A stretch of DNA of 60,864 nt from Octopus bimaculoides (taxonomy: Eukaryota): assembly GCF_001194135.2 (NCBI RefSeq), contig NC_068993.1, forward strand, positions 53,875,696-53,936,559, in the 5' to 3' direction. The translations under genes and the position numbers were made by a program. Under the pieces are notes generated by a model. It saw only the letters and a list, made by a program, of their open reading frames with translations, was not told the origin of the DNA and searched no databases. Positions 1 through 12,833 of the stretch are shown one piece after another; the stretch's first letter is position 1, and each line of letters starts with the position of its first letter.

Positions 1-190
1 ACCGTTGACTGAACACTATTCAATTTTTTTTCTCCGTGTTTTTCTCCTTGTCTCCGTATTCTTTCTGTTGAAGAGCGTAGCTCGAAACGTCAAAGACTTT
101 CCGTATTCCCGAGCGTCATACTAATATATACTTTTGTTATTTACACCACCTGTCCTCGTCTGTTGTTATTTTTTGTATATTCTCCCATAT
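1..190 (+). mobile_element. Penelope-like element terminal-repeat/3' UTR fragment with hammerhead core, ending in a (TA)n/(ATGG)n tract
   Basis: Pyrimidine-rich run, hammerhead core at 60-96, then 'cccgagcgtcatactaata...ttgt'. Layout and partial sequence similarity are shared with 50580-50790. PLE assignment rests on the known PLE-hammerhead association. Confidence 0.5.
60..96 (+). ncRNA. Minimal type I hammerhead ribozyme-like motif (core variant CUGUUGA)
   Basis: TCTTT(60-64) CTGTTGA(65-71) A GAGC-GTA-GCTC(73-83) GAAA CGT C(84-91) AAAGA(92-96). Helix I has 5 bp, stem II 4 bp, and stem III is the palindrome ACGT. Confidence 0.6.
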
Positions 191-390
191 ATATATATAT
201 ATGTATGGATGGATATATGGATGGATGGATGGATGGATGGATGGATGGATGGATGGATGGATGGATGCATGCATATATGTATGTATGTATGTACGTAAGT
301 TTGTATGTATATCTATACATACACATACATATGCATGCATACACCCATATACATAAGTATGAGTATAAGTGTGCATGTACATATATGTAT
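188..390. repeat. Compound microsatellite (TA)n/(ATGG)n/(TATG)n
   Basis: Directly visible. Confidence 0.95.
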
Positions 391-856
391 GTATGTGGTT
401 GTCCCACCAGTGTTCTAAGATCACTCGCCTGGTAACCTCAAGTGCCTTGAATAATTTAATGTTCTGTTGTATTTGTTAACAATTGTAATTGACGCCCCTT
501 CTACCGTTACCAACAGCCTATCTTTGAGACAGTCTCGCTAAGCTATAAACATCTGCTTTACACACTGTTTACTATTGACATGACAACGAACAATTGAATA
601 AGAGAAGAGTTGTTGAAGAATTGCAGATGAAAGCAATTGAGTTGAAATGTCGGCCAAAAAAAAAACCCCGTATGTCTTGTACTTTATTTTTTTTTTTTTT
701 TGAGGTCGTCTAGACACAAATAGGCGTTGCCACTTTCATGGAATGCATTGACAAATTCTCGGCAGATTTACATTGTCGTTCGCAGAACTCTGTGACTTAT
801 CTAAGATAGATTCTGAAAACACTGTGTGAAAACAAAGAAGGAATGAATCGAACACT

Positions 857-885
857 TACTACTACTACTACTACTACTGCTGCTG

Positions 886-982
<97 letters not shown>

Positions 983-988
983 TAATAA
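857..988. repeat. (ACT)n/(GCT)n/(AAT)n trinucleotide microsatellite
   Basis: Directly visible; explains the poly-L/V ORF 797-991. Confidence 0.95.
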
Positions 989-1039
989 CAATCGTGAACG
1001 AATACCCTAGACTTTTCCCAAACCATTACAGGTTGTACC

Positions 1040-1650
1040 AGAACGTATGGCTGCACATCAGTAGCTATGGTATGCCGAGCTCGCGTTGCACTGGTAGCAG
1101 ATGAACCTCTTGACCAGTGGAACGCGTCCTTTCTACAAGAAGCGAATGTGCAGACACTCCAGTCTGTTCAGACAGGAACTGAGGCAACACACGAAGGGCA
1201 AGTGATAAACTATAACGGAGGGAAGTTGGCAGGGGCGATCCGCTTGACGTTTTAGGGATAACTTAATCACAGCCCTATCTCTCAGTCACACTCAGTTATC
1301 TATACTGCTCGTAAACTTGTCCCTATTCCTTTCGTCTTGAAGGCTCGGACCCAACTAGACTTCAAACAGTTTAACCGATCCGACTGTCCAGCCTCCCGTG
1401 ACGCTGTACAACTGTATGGACAAGAAATTGGAGTTGACCATATTTATTTTTCGTCCGTACAGCACTTCGTATCTCTTTAGAAAGATGCCGACCAACTATA
1501 CCTTCGTGGCCTGCGATACTATTCCAGTGACGTCACCCGCATGTGTCCACATCCACCCCCTGCATCCCAGCTCGAAAGGAAAGCTCTTCAATCATTATAG
1601 CTTCTACACCAATGGTTCGACAGCGAGCACGCAGAGAAGAGGTGAGGGGA
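1040..1650 (+). pseudogene. Heavily decayed non-LTR retrotransposon RT C-terminal region (CR1/L2/Jockey-like)
   Basis: GC-richer island. Across frameshifts it reads W-N-A-S-F...INYNGGKLAGAIR/LDVLGIT...ARK...F.LKARTQLDFKQ and later ERKALQSL, in the order typical of the LINE RT palm/thumb. Multiple stops. Confidence 0.4.
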
Positions 1651-2720
1651 AACATTTGAAACAGTAAAAGATGTGTGTGTATGTGTATGAGTGTGTGTGT
1701 GCGCGTGCGTGTGTGTGTGTGTGCGCGTGCGTGTGTGTGTGAGTCTGCTAAAGAAGGGGAGAAGCGGTAAAAAGAGCGAGTAGGAAGAAGAAGAATTATC
1801 TGAAAAGTTATCAAAAAAAGAAATTTAATGTATAAATGATAGGTCTAATATAAGACTCAAATATATAAACCAGATTAATTGCGCATAGAATGAAGAAAGA
1901 GCGGTGATCCTGGAGAAAACGGACAAAATACAGTAAGTACTTAAAGTTATCAATACCATAAGCCTCCATTTTTGAAGGTATAGAGACAGGCCAAAGCCCA
2001 CTAGCATCATTCATGACAGAACTCTAAATAATTTATTCTTTTAAGCATCCATTTTTTAAAATCTTTACAACTTATACATAGGACACTTTTTTCTTTACGG
2101 TTTGCGAATTTTTAAGTTTTGAAAATCACAGATTCACAATATCTAAGCTAAAGATTCTAAAACGTTTTAAAATACGTATTTTTTTAATAGTATTGTTTTT
2201 AAATTAGAAAATAGATACGATTTTCTGTGCTAATAGCTTCAGGAAATTCTTTTGTTTTTTGCTCGTTTACAATTGAAATAATAATAATTAAAAAATTGCT
2301 TTGTTTACATTTCAACGAAAGTAATGCTTGTTCTATAATGAAAGCAATTAGTATTGCACCGTTGGCAAACAAAACATGTTTATTCACAACAAATGTAAAC
2401 AATAAACGGTTGTAACTGGAAATTACATTCAACTGTATCAATTTCTGCTTTTGAAACTATTGCTTTAAAAAAATGTTTTTTTAAAAATATACTTTAAAGT
2501 TATTAAGAATATTTTTATTTTTTTGTGAATTTGTAGTGTGCAAAACATGGATGCAGTTTCACGGGACCCTATGAAGTGCTTTAAAATGAAACTATTTATT
2601 TTGAAGGGGAATTCTGTTGTAAAAGTGAAAGTATTTCACTGTTGTTTTTCTTGTGCTTCTATTTTTCTTCTTTTTTTCTTTTCAACACAAATTCTCTTCT
2701 ATTCTAGGCACAAAGCCCGA

Positions 2721-3020
<300 letters not shown>

Positions 3021-3613
3021 AATCTTTATGAAATGGATATCTCGGTTAATTGTTAAAATTAGTTAAGGTTTATATTTATCGTTTAATTATTTTATCTTTT
3101 GCTATTTTTATTACTTTATCTGTCTTGTTATGCAGAAATGTTTTTAGTACGAATGTGGTTTAGTTCGACAGCGTTTGACTAATTGCATGCATCCAGAGAA
3201 ACAAGCCTTGCTCTTTTGCGAACTGTCGGTTTAAACCGGTCATATTAAACGGGTCATATTATATTATAGTATAGCATCACAGCTATACAATATCTACCTC
3301 TATTGCACTTTCATTATATCTATACGTTAAATCATTAGTTGTTTTATTTAGTATTACACAGATATTAAGCCATCACTCATACTTGTATTTTGTTTTATGA
3401 TATGTCTATTAAATCTACTAAAAGCTACTTCTTCAGCTCTTAAAGTATTTAAAACACCAGAATACTGTTCTTCATTGGGAAGTAAGAAACATGCCCGCCA
3501 CCTTCTTATAGCTAACTTTATTTGCTGTGCGTTTCACGAACGACCAACATTATAGCTTATTAGTTCTCAAGTGTCAACTGGAAAAAAAACCTTTGCAATA
3601 TTTAATGTTCGTC

Positions 3614-4165
3614 GGGCGGCGAGCTGGCAGAATCGTTCCCACACCACATAAAATGCTTAGCGGCATTTCTTCCGTATGCAACCACCCCACCGAGTTTACT
3701 TGCTTTGTGCCAAAATTTGAAGCCAGTATTTAATGTCTGTCTTTAAGGCGGCGAGCTGGCAGAATCGTTAGCACGCCGGGCATTTTTCCCCGTTTTTCCG
3801 TTCTGAGTACAAATTCCGCCGAGTTCGACAAAATACGTGCCAGATGTGCACTGTGGTCGATGTAATCGACTTCTCCACTCTCCCGAAATTGCTGGTCTTG
3901 TGCCAAAAATTTTAAACATCCGCTTAGAAATACAATTTCCCTTTCGAGTGTTTAGGGCGGCGAGCTGGCAGAAACGTTAGCACGCCGGGCGCAATACTTA
4001 GCGATATTTCGTCTGTCATTTATATTCTGAGTTCAAAATCCTGCGAGGTCGACTTTCATCTTTTCGGAATCGATAAATTAAGTACCAGTTGCGTACTGGG
4101 GTCGTTCTAATCGACTGGCTCCCTCCCCCAAAATTTCGGGCCTTGTACCTAGAGTAGAAAAGAAT
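3614..4165 (+). mobile_element. Three head-to-tail SINE-A copies (3614-3725, 3745-3917, 3954-4165)
   Basis: Head 'ggcggcgagctggcagaa(t/a)cgttagcacgccggg', B-box-like 'gagttcaaa', central 'tttcatc..ttcgg..tcgataaattaagtaccagtt', tails 'ccttgt..' The first two copies are internally deleted. Confidence 0.85.
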
Positions 4166-4656
4166 ATAACATAAGATATTTATTTCTGCTCTCGCACTTC
4201 CATCAGTTTCAAAAATTTTTTTCCAAGAGCACTACTCTAAAAATTAAAATCTTTGTGAACAAACTGAAATAACATGGAATAGAGGTGCAAAGTTTTGTGC
4301 GGTCGGTTTTGTACACAAAGGATTGTCAATGATGCAATGGGAAACTTGTTAACTTAAGTAAAGAAATGCGTCGAAGAAAAGAAGAGTTTGACATGAAATA
4401 AAGTCACCCCCACACATATGTACACACAGACTACAAACAACAACAAAAATAACATACGAAATATGGTAATAAGGTTATCTAAATGTATTTATATACTCCG
4501 TAAACAAATACACAGAATTTATTACTGCTGTCTGCTTTTAAAAATTGGGTTAGTCGTTTTATGTTCACAAAATAGAAACGTGGGACATAACGAAGGTCAG
4601 AATTCCTAAAGATATACAATGATTTGAAAAGAATATCTTAATATTTCATAGTGATT

Positions 4657-5028
4657 AAAGCAGTACACTGGGAGAATCGTTTGCACGCCGGACGAAATGC
4701 TTCGGATCATTTCGTCTGTCATTACATTTTAAATTCAAATTTCGCCGAGGGCGATTTTGTTTTTCATTTTTTCAGGATTGATAAAGTATGTACCAGTTGC
4801 GCACTGGGGTACAATTAATCAACTCACTCCTCCCCTAAAATTGCTGGCCTTGTGCCAAAATTTGAAACCAATATTTAATAGTGATTAAGGTAGCGAGCTG
4901 GGCGAAATGCTTAGCAGCATTGCGTCCGTCTTTTCGTTCTGAGTTCCACTTCTACCGGGATCGACTTTGCTTTTCGTCCTATCGGAATCGATAAAGTAGG
5001 TATCAGTTTAGCACTGGGGTCGATTTAG
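4657..5028 (+). mobile_element. Two head-to-tail degenerate SINE-A copies (4657-4870, 4887-5028)
   Basis: Same family motifs as 3954-4165. Confidence 0.8.
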
Positions 5029-6517
5029 ACATTAATCGCAACTCCTCAAGTGTTACGACGCTACTGTTAATATGTCAAACAATGCAGTACTAATGTATAT
5101 CTATGTGATTTAGGTTCAGGGTGTATTCATGCATGCGTATGTTGAAATAAAGGTTTGAAATAAATTCCTTTTAAAGGGGACGTTCTTTATGATATATCAT
5201 GGAGTTCTCAGAGGAACAATATATAAGTTGGATACAACAAAAACATCATTTTGCATCTACTGGCACATGACTTACTAGAAAAATACAAAGGATATGAACA
5301 CAAACTGAAGATTTGGTTTATATATCCAAAGGAGTGTAAAATGTTCCCAACAGAAAATATTTCGTATGAAGAGCAGCGGTAGAAAAGTATTTGTGTGTCG
5401 GCTCACTAAACTCACGACATTAATATTTGAGGGAAAAAACATCTTTTTACGTCAAATATTAAGATATCATTTCTGAAAAATCAAAGGTTTCCTTTGAATA
5501 AAGTTTTGTCTTTTGTTACCGATGCCTTGTTTTGTTTTGTTTTTGTTTTTCCAGAAAGAACACGCAACTTCAGATAATATTTACATTTGAACCCAAATGT
5601 ATTCTTACATAAATATTTTCTGAGCATACCACTGCTCACTAAAAGAGCGTTGTGGTGGCTGTAAAATCGGTGGATTAATGATAACAAGTAGGTTTTTATG
5701 CTTAGTATTTACATATGTGGTTTATGGGTAAAATAAACATCAGAAAAGCTTTGCCCCACACAGAAATTGCAGGAGATACTCGGGAGTTTTGTTAACTCTT
5801 CTAGATTCCTTGAATTGCTGGAAACCCTTCCGTGTCGTCAGAAGGGATATCAATCTGGTTTTCAATGACATGTAAAATGATGTATAAGGAATAACAATTA
5901 AATTTGATATTCTGTACGTCACGTGTCTCCTACTGTTCTGTTTAGTCGAGGAGACACTTATGGTGGAGAATCGCTGAAGAGGTCACAGGATGTGTGAGGA
6001 AAGATTTGCAGACATGAGACATAAAAATAAGAACAATAATAGATTTAGAGTGAAGAACGAATATATGTAGTTCGTGTGCTTATTTGGCCAAGAAAAAGTG
6101 ACCATTCCGAAATATTACAATGTCCGTTTCAACACACAATTTGACTTCAGGAATTTTGCAAAACAGATACATAAACGTATGTGTGTGTGCGTGTGTGTAT
6201 GCGCCTCTGTGTGTGTGTATGTTTATTAGGATACGCCTTGTGTGTTTTTGTGCGTGTGCATAATACCTTTAATCATTATATATGTTTGATTATTTGCTTG
6301 AACAGCTTTCCGTAATGTCTTTAAAATGCAAAATAAATATTTCATCCAAAAGAACATGAGTTGTGCGTTAATTTTATATATTTTTAGTTCACATTACGCC
6401 CTATTATTTCAATGAAAATCTTAGTATATCAAGAGATTTATGGTAGCAACCAGAAAAGATTTGTAATTACAGCGAACGTTCGATATTGCTAGTGATTCAA
6501 TACATTATTTTTAAACC

Positions 6518-6721
6518 CTTGATCAAACCTGACAAGTCAAGCAACTGTGTAAGAGAGAGTGATAGAAAGTTGGGGCGAAATAGTACACCAGGGGTGCCTC
6601 CCTGCCGGTGCTTCATGGAGTTTTAGGTGTTTTCGCTCAATAAACACACACAACGCCCGGTCTGGGAATCCTCCGACTACGAGTCCGTTGCCCTAACCAG
6701 TGGGCCATTGCGCCTCCACAA
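6518..6721 (-). mobile_element. SINE-C 5' half (tRNA-derived head)
   Basis: Reverse complement matches the start of the full copy at 37905 ('tgtggaggcgcaatggcccactggttagggcaacggactcg...cccagaccgggcgttgtg'). Confidence 0.85.
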
Positions 6722-6778
6722 TNNNNNNNNNNNNNNNNNNNNNNNNNNNNNNNNNNNNNNNNNNNNNNNNNNNNNNNA

Positions 6779-6785
6779 TATACAT

Positions 6786-6830
<45 letters not shown>

Positions 6831-7250
6831 TATATATATATAAACATATATATATATATATGTGTGTGCGTATGTGTGTGTTTATCTTTTATTTCTTTCA
6901 GTCATTTCAGTGTGGCCATGCTGGAGCGCCGCCTTGAAGGGTTTTAATCGAACAAATCGACGCTAGGACTTTTATACACACACACACGCACACATGTAAC
7001 GTAAGCATTTAGATATGTATACATATACATAATTACATGTATGTATATATATATACATATGCATATATATGTATGTATATGTGTGTGCATGTGTATGAAT
7101 GTATGTCTATGTATACATTTATGTATTTGTATATGTATATATGTATGTATCTGTACATATACTTCTCTCTCTCGATATATATATATGTATGTATATGTAT
7201 ATGTGTGTATGTGTATGCGTGTGTATGTGAGAGTGAGTTTGTGTGTGTAC
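6779..7250. repeat. (TA)n/(TG)n/(TATG)n low-complexity block containing a SINE-B 3' tail on minus (6885-6972)
   Basis: Microsatellites visible; 'tttcagtcatttcagtgtggccatgctggagcgccgccttgaag' is the reverse complement of the SINE-B tail. Confidence 0.85.
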
Positions 7251-7438
7251 ATAGATTGTACGCATGTCTAAAGGCCTATGCATCAATGAGTGTTTTGATT
7301 CTTTTCAAATCCCTTTGGTTCTTCCAGGACAAAAATGCTTTAACAAATACACAATAAGTGAGGAAAAAATGTTGAAGTTTTTATTGTGACGAACATTCAT
7401 ACAATTATTATTACTTTTATCATTATTGTTGTTGTTGC

Positions 7439-7498
<60 letters not shown>

Positions 7499-8114
7499 TA
7501 AATCACATTTATGTAAGTTGCTATAATGACTATATTCCCAGCTCAACTGATTATAACAACACAGTCTTAAATTTCAAGTGAGTTTTCAAGATTAGATAGT
7601 CTCCGAATATCAGAGTTTTAAATTTGATCTCATCTTAAAAGAGAGCAGCGCAGTTAGAACGTTTTTGTATTAGTTTCCACTATGATGTCCTTCACTTCTC
7701 ACAGATGAACAACTTGGAAATATGCAACCAAATGTCGAAATGTATCAAACACTGTGGTCTTTGTGCTTCTGTTTCAGATTCCAAATCTCTCGATAAATTG
7801 GTTGGTCGGATTAAGTTATTATTGTAATATCACTTCAAACGTTGTTTATTTTAACTCCCTTCTGCTTCATTTCGTTTTTAAATCTTTATATTTTGGGGAA
7901 AATTTAGCTGCAGATTACTTGAGATTAGATACAATGCATGCTATGTAGTTTTCTCGTAGAAATAGACGTAAACTGTTTTCGCCTTCCTTTTAACAATTTG
8001 CATACAGACTTCAAGACATTCCTGTAAACATGTAGTTTAGAGCGACAGAGTAAATTTTCCTTTAACCAGTAGAGGAACTCGATATTGCCATTCTTCAATT
8101 ACTATTAGTATACT

Positions 8115-8490
8115 GGTTTCAAATTTTGTCACGATGTCAGCAATTACTGGGATCGATGTAATCAACTAATCCTTATTTCGTTGACCCTGAAAGGATGAAA
8201 TGCAAAGCCGACCTCGGAGGAATTTGATCTCAGAGCCTAAAGACTGGCAACAATTCTGCCAGCTCGCTACCTTAATTTAACTCAGTATATTGGTATCAAA
8301 ATTTGGCACAAGGCTGGCAATCTCGGGGAAGGGATTAAATCGATTACATTGACCCTAATGCTCAACTGCTATTTATTTTATCGACCACAAAAGTACGAAA
8401 GACAAAGTCGACCTCTGCGAAATTTGATCTCGGAGCGTGAAGACGGATGAAATGCCGCTAAGCATTTTCCCCGATTCCAGCTCGCCGCCA
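8115..8490 (-). mobile_element. Two tandem SINE-A copies (8115-8273, 8291-8490)
   Basis: Reverse complement of SINE-A motifs, ending '...ctgccagctcgc(t/c)(a/g)cc'. Confidence 0.85.
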
Positions 8491-8514
8491 TAATATATTA
8501 ACAGTAAATAGATT

Positions 8515-8668
8515 AGAGAGCTGGCAGAATCGCAACCACGCCGGACGAAAATGTTTAGCGGCATTTCGTCCGTCTTTACATTCTGAGTTTAAATTCCGCC
8601 AAGGTCAACTTTGCCTTTATCCTTTCAGGGTTAATAAAATAAGTACCAGTTGAATACTGGGGTCGATG
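8515..8668 (+). mobile_element. SINE-A copy, 3'-truncated, head-to-head with 8291-8490
   Basis: 'gagctggcagaatcgcaaccacgccggacgaaa...aagtaccagttgaatactggggtcgat'. Confidence 0.85.
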
Positions 8669-9455
8669 CCCTGCTCAAAGCTTACTATAAAATAGATCAT
8701 GCATTGTTTACCCCTACGAAATGCTTATAATATATTTGCAGTGAGATGATGTTGAATTTAATACTTTTATGTTATCTTCCTATTTATATTTTTTTATTGA
8801 GTTCCTTGTATTTGCCAAGAAAGTTTTAAACGACCAAAGAAGTCTTATGTATTTTTCTCCAGTTCTTTTTTTTTTTATTATCATTATTTCTGAAGGTTGA
8901 AAAATGGGTATCCTGTCATTGAAAATCCGATAGAAAAAAAATTATATGAAGCAAATTATCCATCAGTAAACGAATGAACAGAAAAGAAAGCTGAACATGC
9001 TTTGGTGTTTAGCTGCAGAAATGACGACATTGGATGTGGGGAGGACCAACAAAGAGTCTACACAATCACCATTACGGAAGCTGTCACCTATACAACACTT
9101 TATGTCAACAACTACGGGATTTATTCTCACGCTTACTTTGCAGCTTTTGAACTAGAACTAATGGACATGTGTTCATTGTGAATATTTCTCATTTATCAAC
9201 TGGGGTCACATTAGTGTGTTTAGCAGACGACATCAAATCAAATAAGACTCCTTAAAACCTGTCTTGTTATTTCACGTCAATTCATTCAATAACGCCTCCA
9301 ACCGCTTAATCGATTTCATTTCTATCATTATTTATTTCTCAGCCTATTTTAACAATCAACGTTTTTAATGTGTCAGCAGGCTTACAAGTGCAACCCATAC
9401 ATTTCGGTTGTTCGTGGTTTAATCCAACAGGATATCCTATAAAATGTATTAATCA

Positions 9456-9667
9456 TTTCTGTTCTTGGCACAAGGCCTGAAATTTGGGGGAAGTGGGATA
9501 AATCGCTTACGCCGACCCCAGTGCTCAACTGGTACTTATTTCATCGACCCGGAAAGGATGAGAGGCAAAGTCGATCTCGACGGAATTTGAACTCAGAACA
9601 TAAAGACGGACGAGATGCCGCAAAGCATTTTGTCCAGCGTGCTAACGATTCTGTCAGCTGACTACTT
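9456..9667 (-). mobile_element. SINE-A copy
   Basis: Full family motifs on the minus strand. Confidence 0.85.
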
Positions 9668-9689
9668 TACAAAATGAATTAATACTATG

Positions 9690-10050
9690 AAGGGGATATG
9701 GCTGCATGGTTAAAAAGTTCACTTTGTAACCACGAGGTTTCGAGTTCAGTCACACTGCATGGCACGTTGGGCAAGTGTTTTCTTGTGCGGCTCGAGGCCG
9801 ACCAATCCTTGTGAATGAACTTGGTGCACGGAAACCGTGTGGAATCCCGTCGTATATATGAATATATGTGTGTGTGTATGTGTGTGCGCCTGTATGTATG
9901 CATATGTGTATATGTGTGTGTGAGGCAAAAGAGAACGACAGAATAATTACGGGACTTAATCGTACGTACTGCGGTCGATTTGTTCCACTAAATCCTTCAA
10001 AGCGGTGCCCCAACATGGCCACACTCCTATGACTGGAAATAGAAAAGAAA
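9690..10050 (+). mobile_element. SINE-B copy (tRNA head, CORE-like 'ttgggcaagt', internal TA/GT microsatellite)
   Basis: Collinear with 12064-12450, 25541-25770 and 32706-33058. Confidence 0.8.
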
Positions 10051-10107
10051 CTAGTGTTGTTATGAATTGGCAAAAATAAGTTAATAAGATTCGTAAAACT
10101 AAATAAG

Positions 10108-11091
10108 TTTGTGTGCGTGGAACAGCAAATAAGGCGTTATCAGATATTCATTGATCTTACTAAGGTTTTTGACTCTGTCAATCGAACTGCCTTGTGAGGG
10201 ATCTTGAGGAGACTTGGATGCTCGGTAAAGTTTCTCACTATTCTGAAGCAGTTTCATGATGGCATGGAAGTAAGGATCAACATTGATGGAAGGCTCTCGG
10301 AACCTATCTCTGTGACGAATGGGGTAAAACAAGGCGACAGACTAGCACCCACTCTCTTCACCCTCTATTTTACTATAGTTTTTCAATTGGCTTTCAAAGG
10401 CTCCTATGAAGGCATATATATCATATATCACACAACAGGAAAACTCTTTAACATCACAAAACTGTCAGCTAAGTCAAGGACTTCCTCAACGCATATTAGA
10501 AACCTCTTCTATGCAGATGGTTGTGATATTGTCACGTATACTGAGGAGGACATGCAAAATCTTATTAATGTAATTTCAGTGGCTTGTGAGGCACTTGGCC
10601 TTAGCCATAAATCTAACCAAAACTGTTGTCATGTTTCAGCCAGCACCAGGAATGCCATACATAGAACCTGGTATCTTCGTGTATAGAAGAAAACTTTCTG
10701 TGGTTTCTAAGTTTGTTTACTTAGAGAGCACACGAAACACATCAGTGAATCTTGTTGATGAAGTATCACTACGCATTCAGAAAGCCAGTTTTGCTTTTGG
10801 CAAACTGGAAGACCGCCTATGGTCTAGACATGGTATTTCCACTGCGACAAAGATTAAGGTATACAATACATGTATCTTAACCTCTTTATTATGTGCTTGC
10901 GAAACCTGGACTGTGTATCGCAAGCACTTAGAACTTATGGAAAGTTTGCATCAACAANNNNNNNNNNNNNNNNNNNNNNNNNGAAATGCTTCAGCATTGA
11001 AGCTTTGCTATTGCAGTACAGATTGAGATGTAGTGGACACTTAGTCAGAATGACAGACAACTGAATGCCTAAAAAACTTTTTTACAGAGAA
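10108..11091 (+). pseudogene. RTE-clade (BovB-like) LINE reverse transcriptase fragment with frameshifts and stops
   Basis: FIDLTKVFDSVNR, GVKQGDRLAPTLF, YADG (decayed YADD), INLTKTVVM, FVYLES, RIQKASFAFGKL..RLW, TKIKVYNTCILTSLLCACETWT, RLRCSGHLVRM. Frameshift near 10600, 25-N gap, ends in (CA)n. Confidence 0.9.
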
Positions 11092-11111
11092 TACACACAC
11101 ACATACAGACA

Positions 11112-11152
<41 letters not shown>

Positions 11153-11186
11153 ACACACACACACACACACACATACACACACACAC
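11092..11186. repeat. (CA)n microsatellite
   Basis: Directly visible. Confidence 0.95.
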
Positions 11187-12063
11187 GAATTAGAAAATCG
11201 ACAGCGAAACATTAGGCTCGGATGGCTGCGAAGTGTTCGTGAAATATTTATGTCACAAAATCTATACGACTATATTTTTGAGTGAACAAATAGGATGTAA
11301 AACAAAACAGCCAACCGATGTAAGGAGTGAAGTGACTGAAGGTCAGTGTTCCCTTACATTGGCATTTAATTTAATAAACATGACGTCATCGCTATTCAAG
11401 ATAACATTTGGGTGTTATTCGCTTAAAAGCATTGATTTCATGCTCACAATCTGTGTGAGGACATGCAGTTGCGTTGGTTTCACATAATTTTCTGCGTAAG
11501 TAGCTAATAGGATGTAAAGCTATATATATTCTGGCCACATTGTATATAAATGTTTATATACTTTATAGCATTCCGCATTGCTTTGCCAGCATAACGAAGT
11601 TATAAAAAGACGTCGGTTTCTTCATCAGAAACGTGCAGCTTTTTTAATAAAATGTTTTGCTAAAGTAGAAGATTTTATAGACGATAAAAATGAAGTAGAG
11701 GAAGATATAAGTGTTTTATTTATTTCTTTTTAAATACTTATACACAACGCATATGCAAATTTAAATTATTTGCTCTAACAAATAGTTTATGGTGCAGAAT
11801 GTTAATTAATTTAACTCTAAAAAACCACAAAATCAAACAATAATCTTCAATTAATTAAAGATACACTAAGAAGCGACGATTAAAGTAAAATTATATACAC
11901 TTGTATTTCGTGTAAACTCCTTAAATAGAATTAATTTTCCCAGAGAGTACCGCCGCGAAGGTCTTCCTGCGTTTGAGTGGCAGATATAATGTGCACAGCG
12001 TTACTGTAACCTTCAGTTCAGTCCCTTGTTTAGGTCATAGTTTTAGTCTCCTTCTAATCAGAT

Positions 12064-12450
12064 AGGCGCAGACGTGGCTGTGTGGTAAAATACTTGCTTC
12101 ACAACTCCGTGGTTCCGGATTACGCTCCATTGCGTGGCACTTTGGGCCTCGGGCCGACCAAAGTTTTGTGAGTGGATTTGGTAGACAGAAACTGAAAGAA
12201 GCACGTCGTATATAATGTGTGTGTGTGTGTATGTGTCATTGTGTTTATGCTTGTCCCCCATCACCGCTTGACAACCGGGGTTTCAGTGTTTACGCCCCTG
12301 TAACATAGCGGTTCGGAAAATAGATCGATAGAATAAGTCCTAGGTTTAAAATAAGAAGTCCTCGGGGTTGATTCGTTCGACTACAACCCCTTCAAGGTGG
12401 TGCCCCAGCTTGGCTACAGTCAAATGGCTGAAACAAGTAACAGATAAGAC
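12064..12450 (+). mobile_element. SINE-B near full-length copy
   Basis: 'gcgcagacgtggctgtgtggtaa...ggtagacagaaactgaaagaag...cttgacaacc...gtaacatagcggttcgg...ctgaaacaagtaa'. Confidence 0.85.
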
Positions 12451-12775
12451 ATACTTATACATGACCCCCTACGTAAGATAGTTTAATCATCAGTCTAACA
12501 AACAGCTTAACCTTGAGTCTAACATTCGTTGTTATTTTAAATCTTAAAGAGTTTAACCCTTTGTCAAATTGTTTGACTAATGGTTAACCTAGCAAACAAA
12601 CATTTGCTACAAACTTCAATCCAATTCAAATACTAACTTGTAACCTAACATGAACTCGTTATTACAAACATCTGAACAACCGGAATGATATAATTCTATA
12701 TTTCTGAGCTAAAAAAACACTTATATAATGTATATTGTTTACGTTAGTTGCATTGGTGTCCTCTTGATCGTTTCC

Positions 12776-12821
12776 ATCACTGCGTTTCGGCTGTTGTACG
12801 AACCAGCCTTCTTCAGGTGTC
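12776..12821 (-). ncRNA. Hammerhead ribozyme-like motif (degenerate stem III)
   Basis: Minus strand: GACAC CTGAAGA A GGCTG-gttcgtacaa-CAGCC GAAAC GCA GTGAT. Same helix-I 5' arm and stem II as 51184-51229. Confidence 0.55.
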
Positions 12822-12833
12822 TTCCCCTTGCTT

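Noticed and set aside
11622-11642. Minus-strand CTGATGAAGAAAC
   Set aside because: No room for stem II; chance match.
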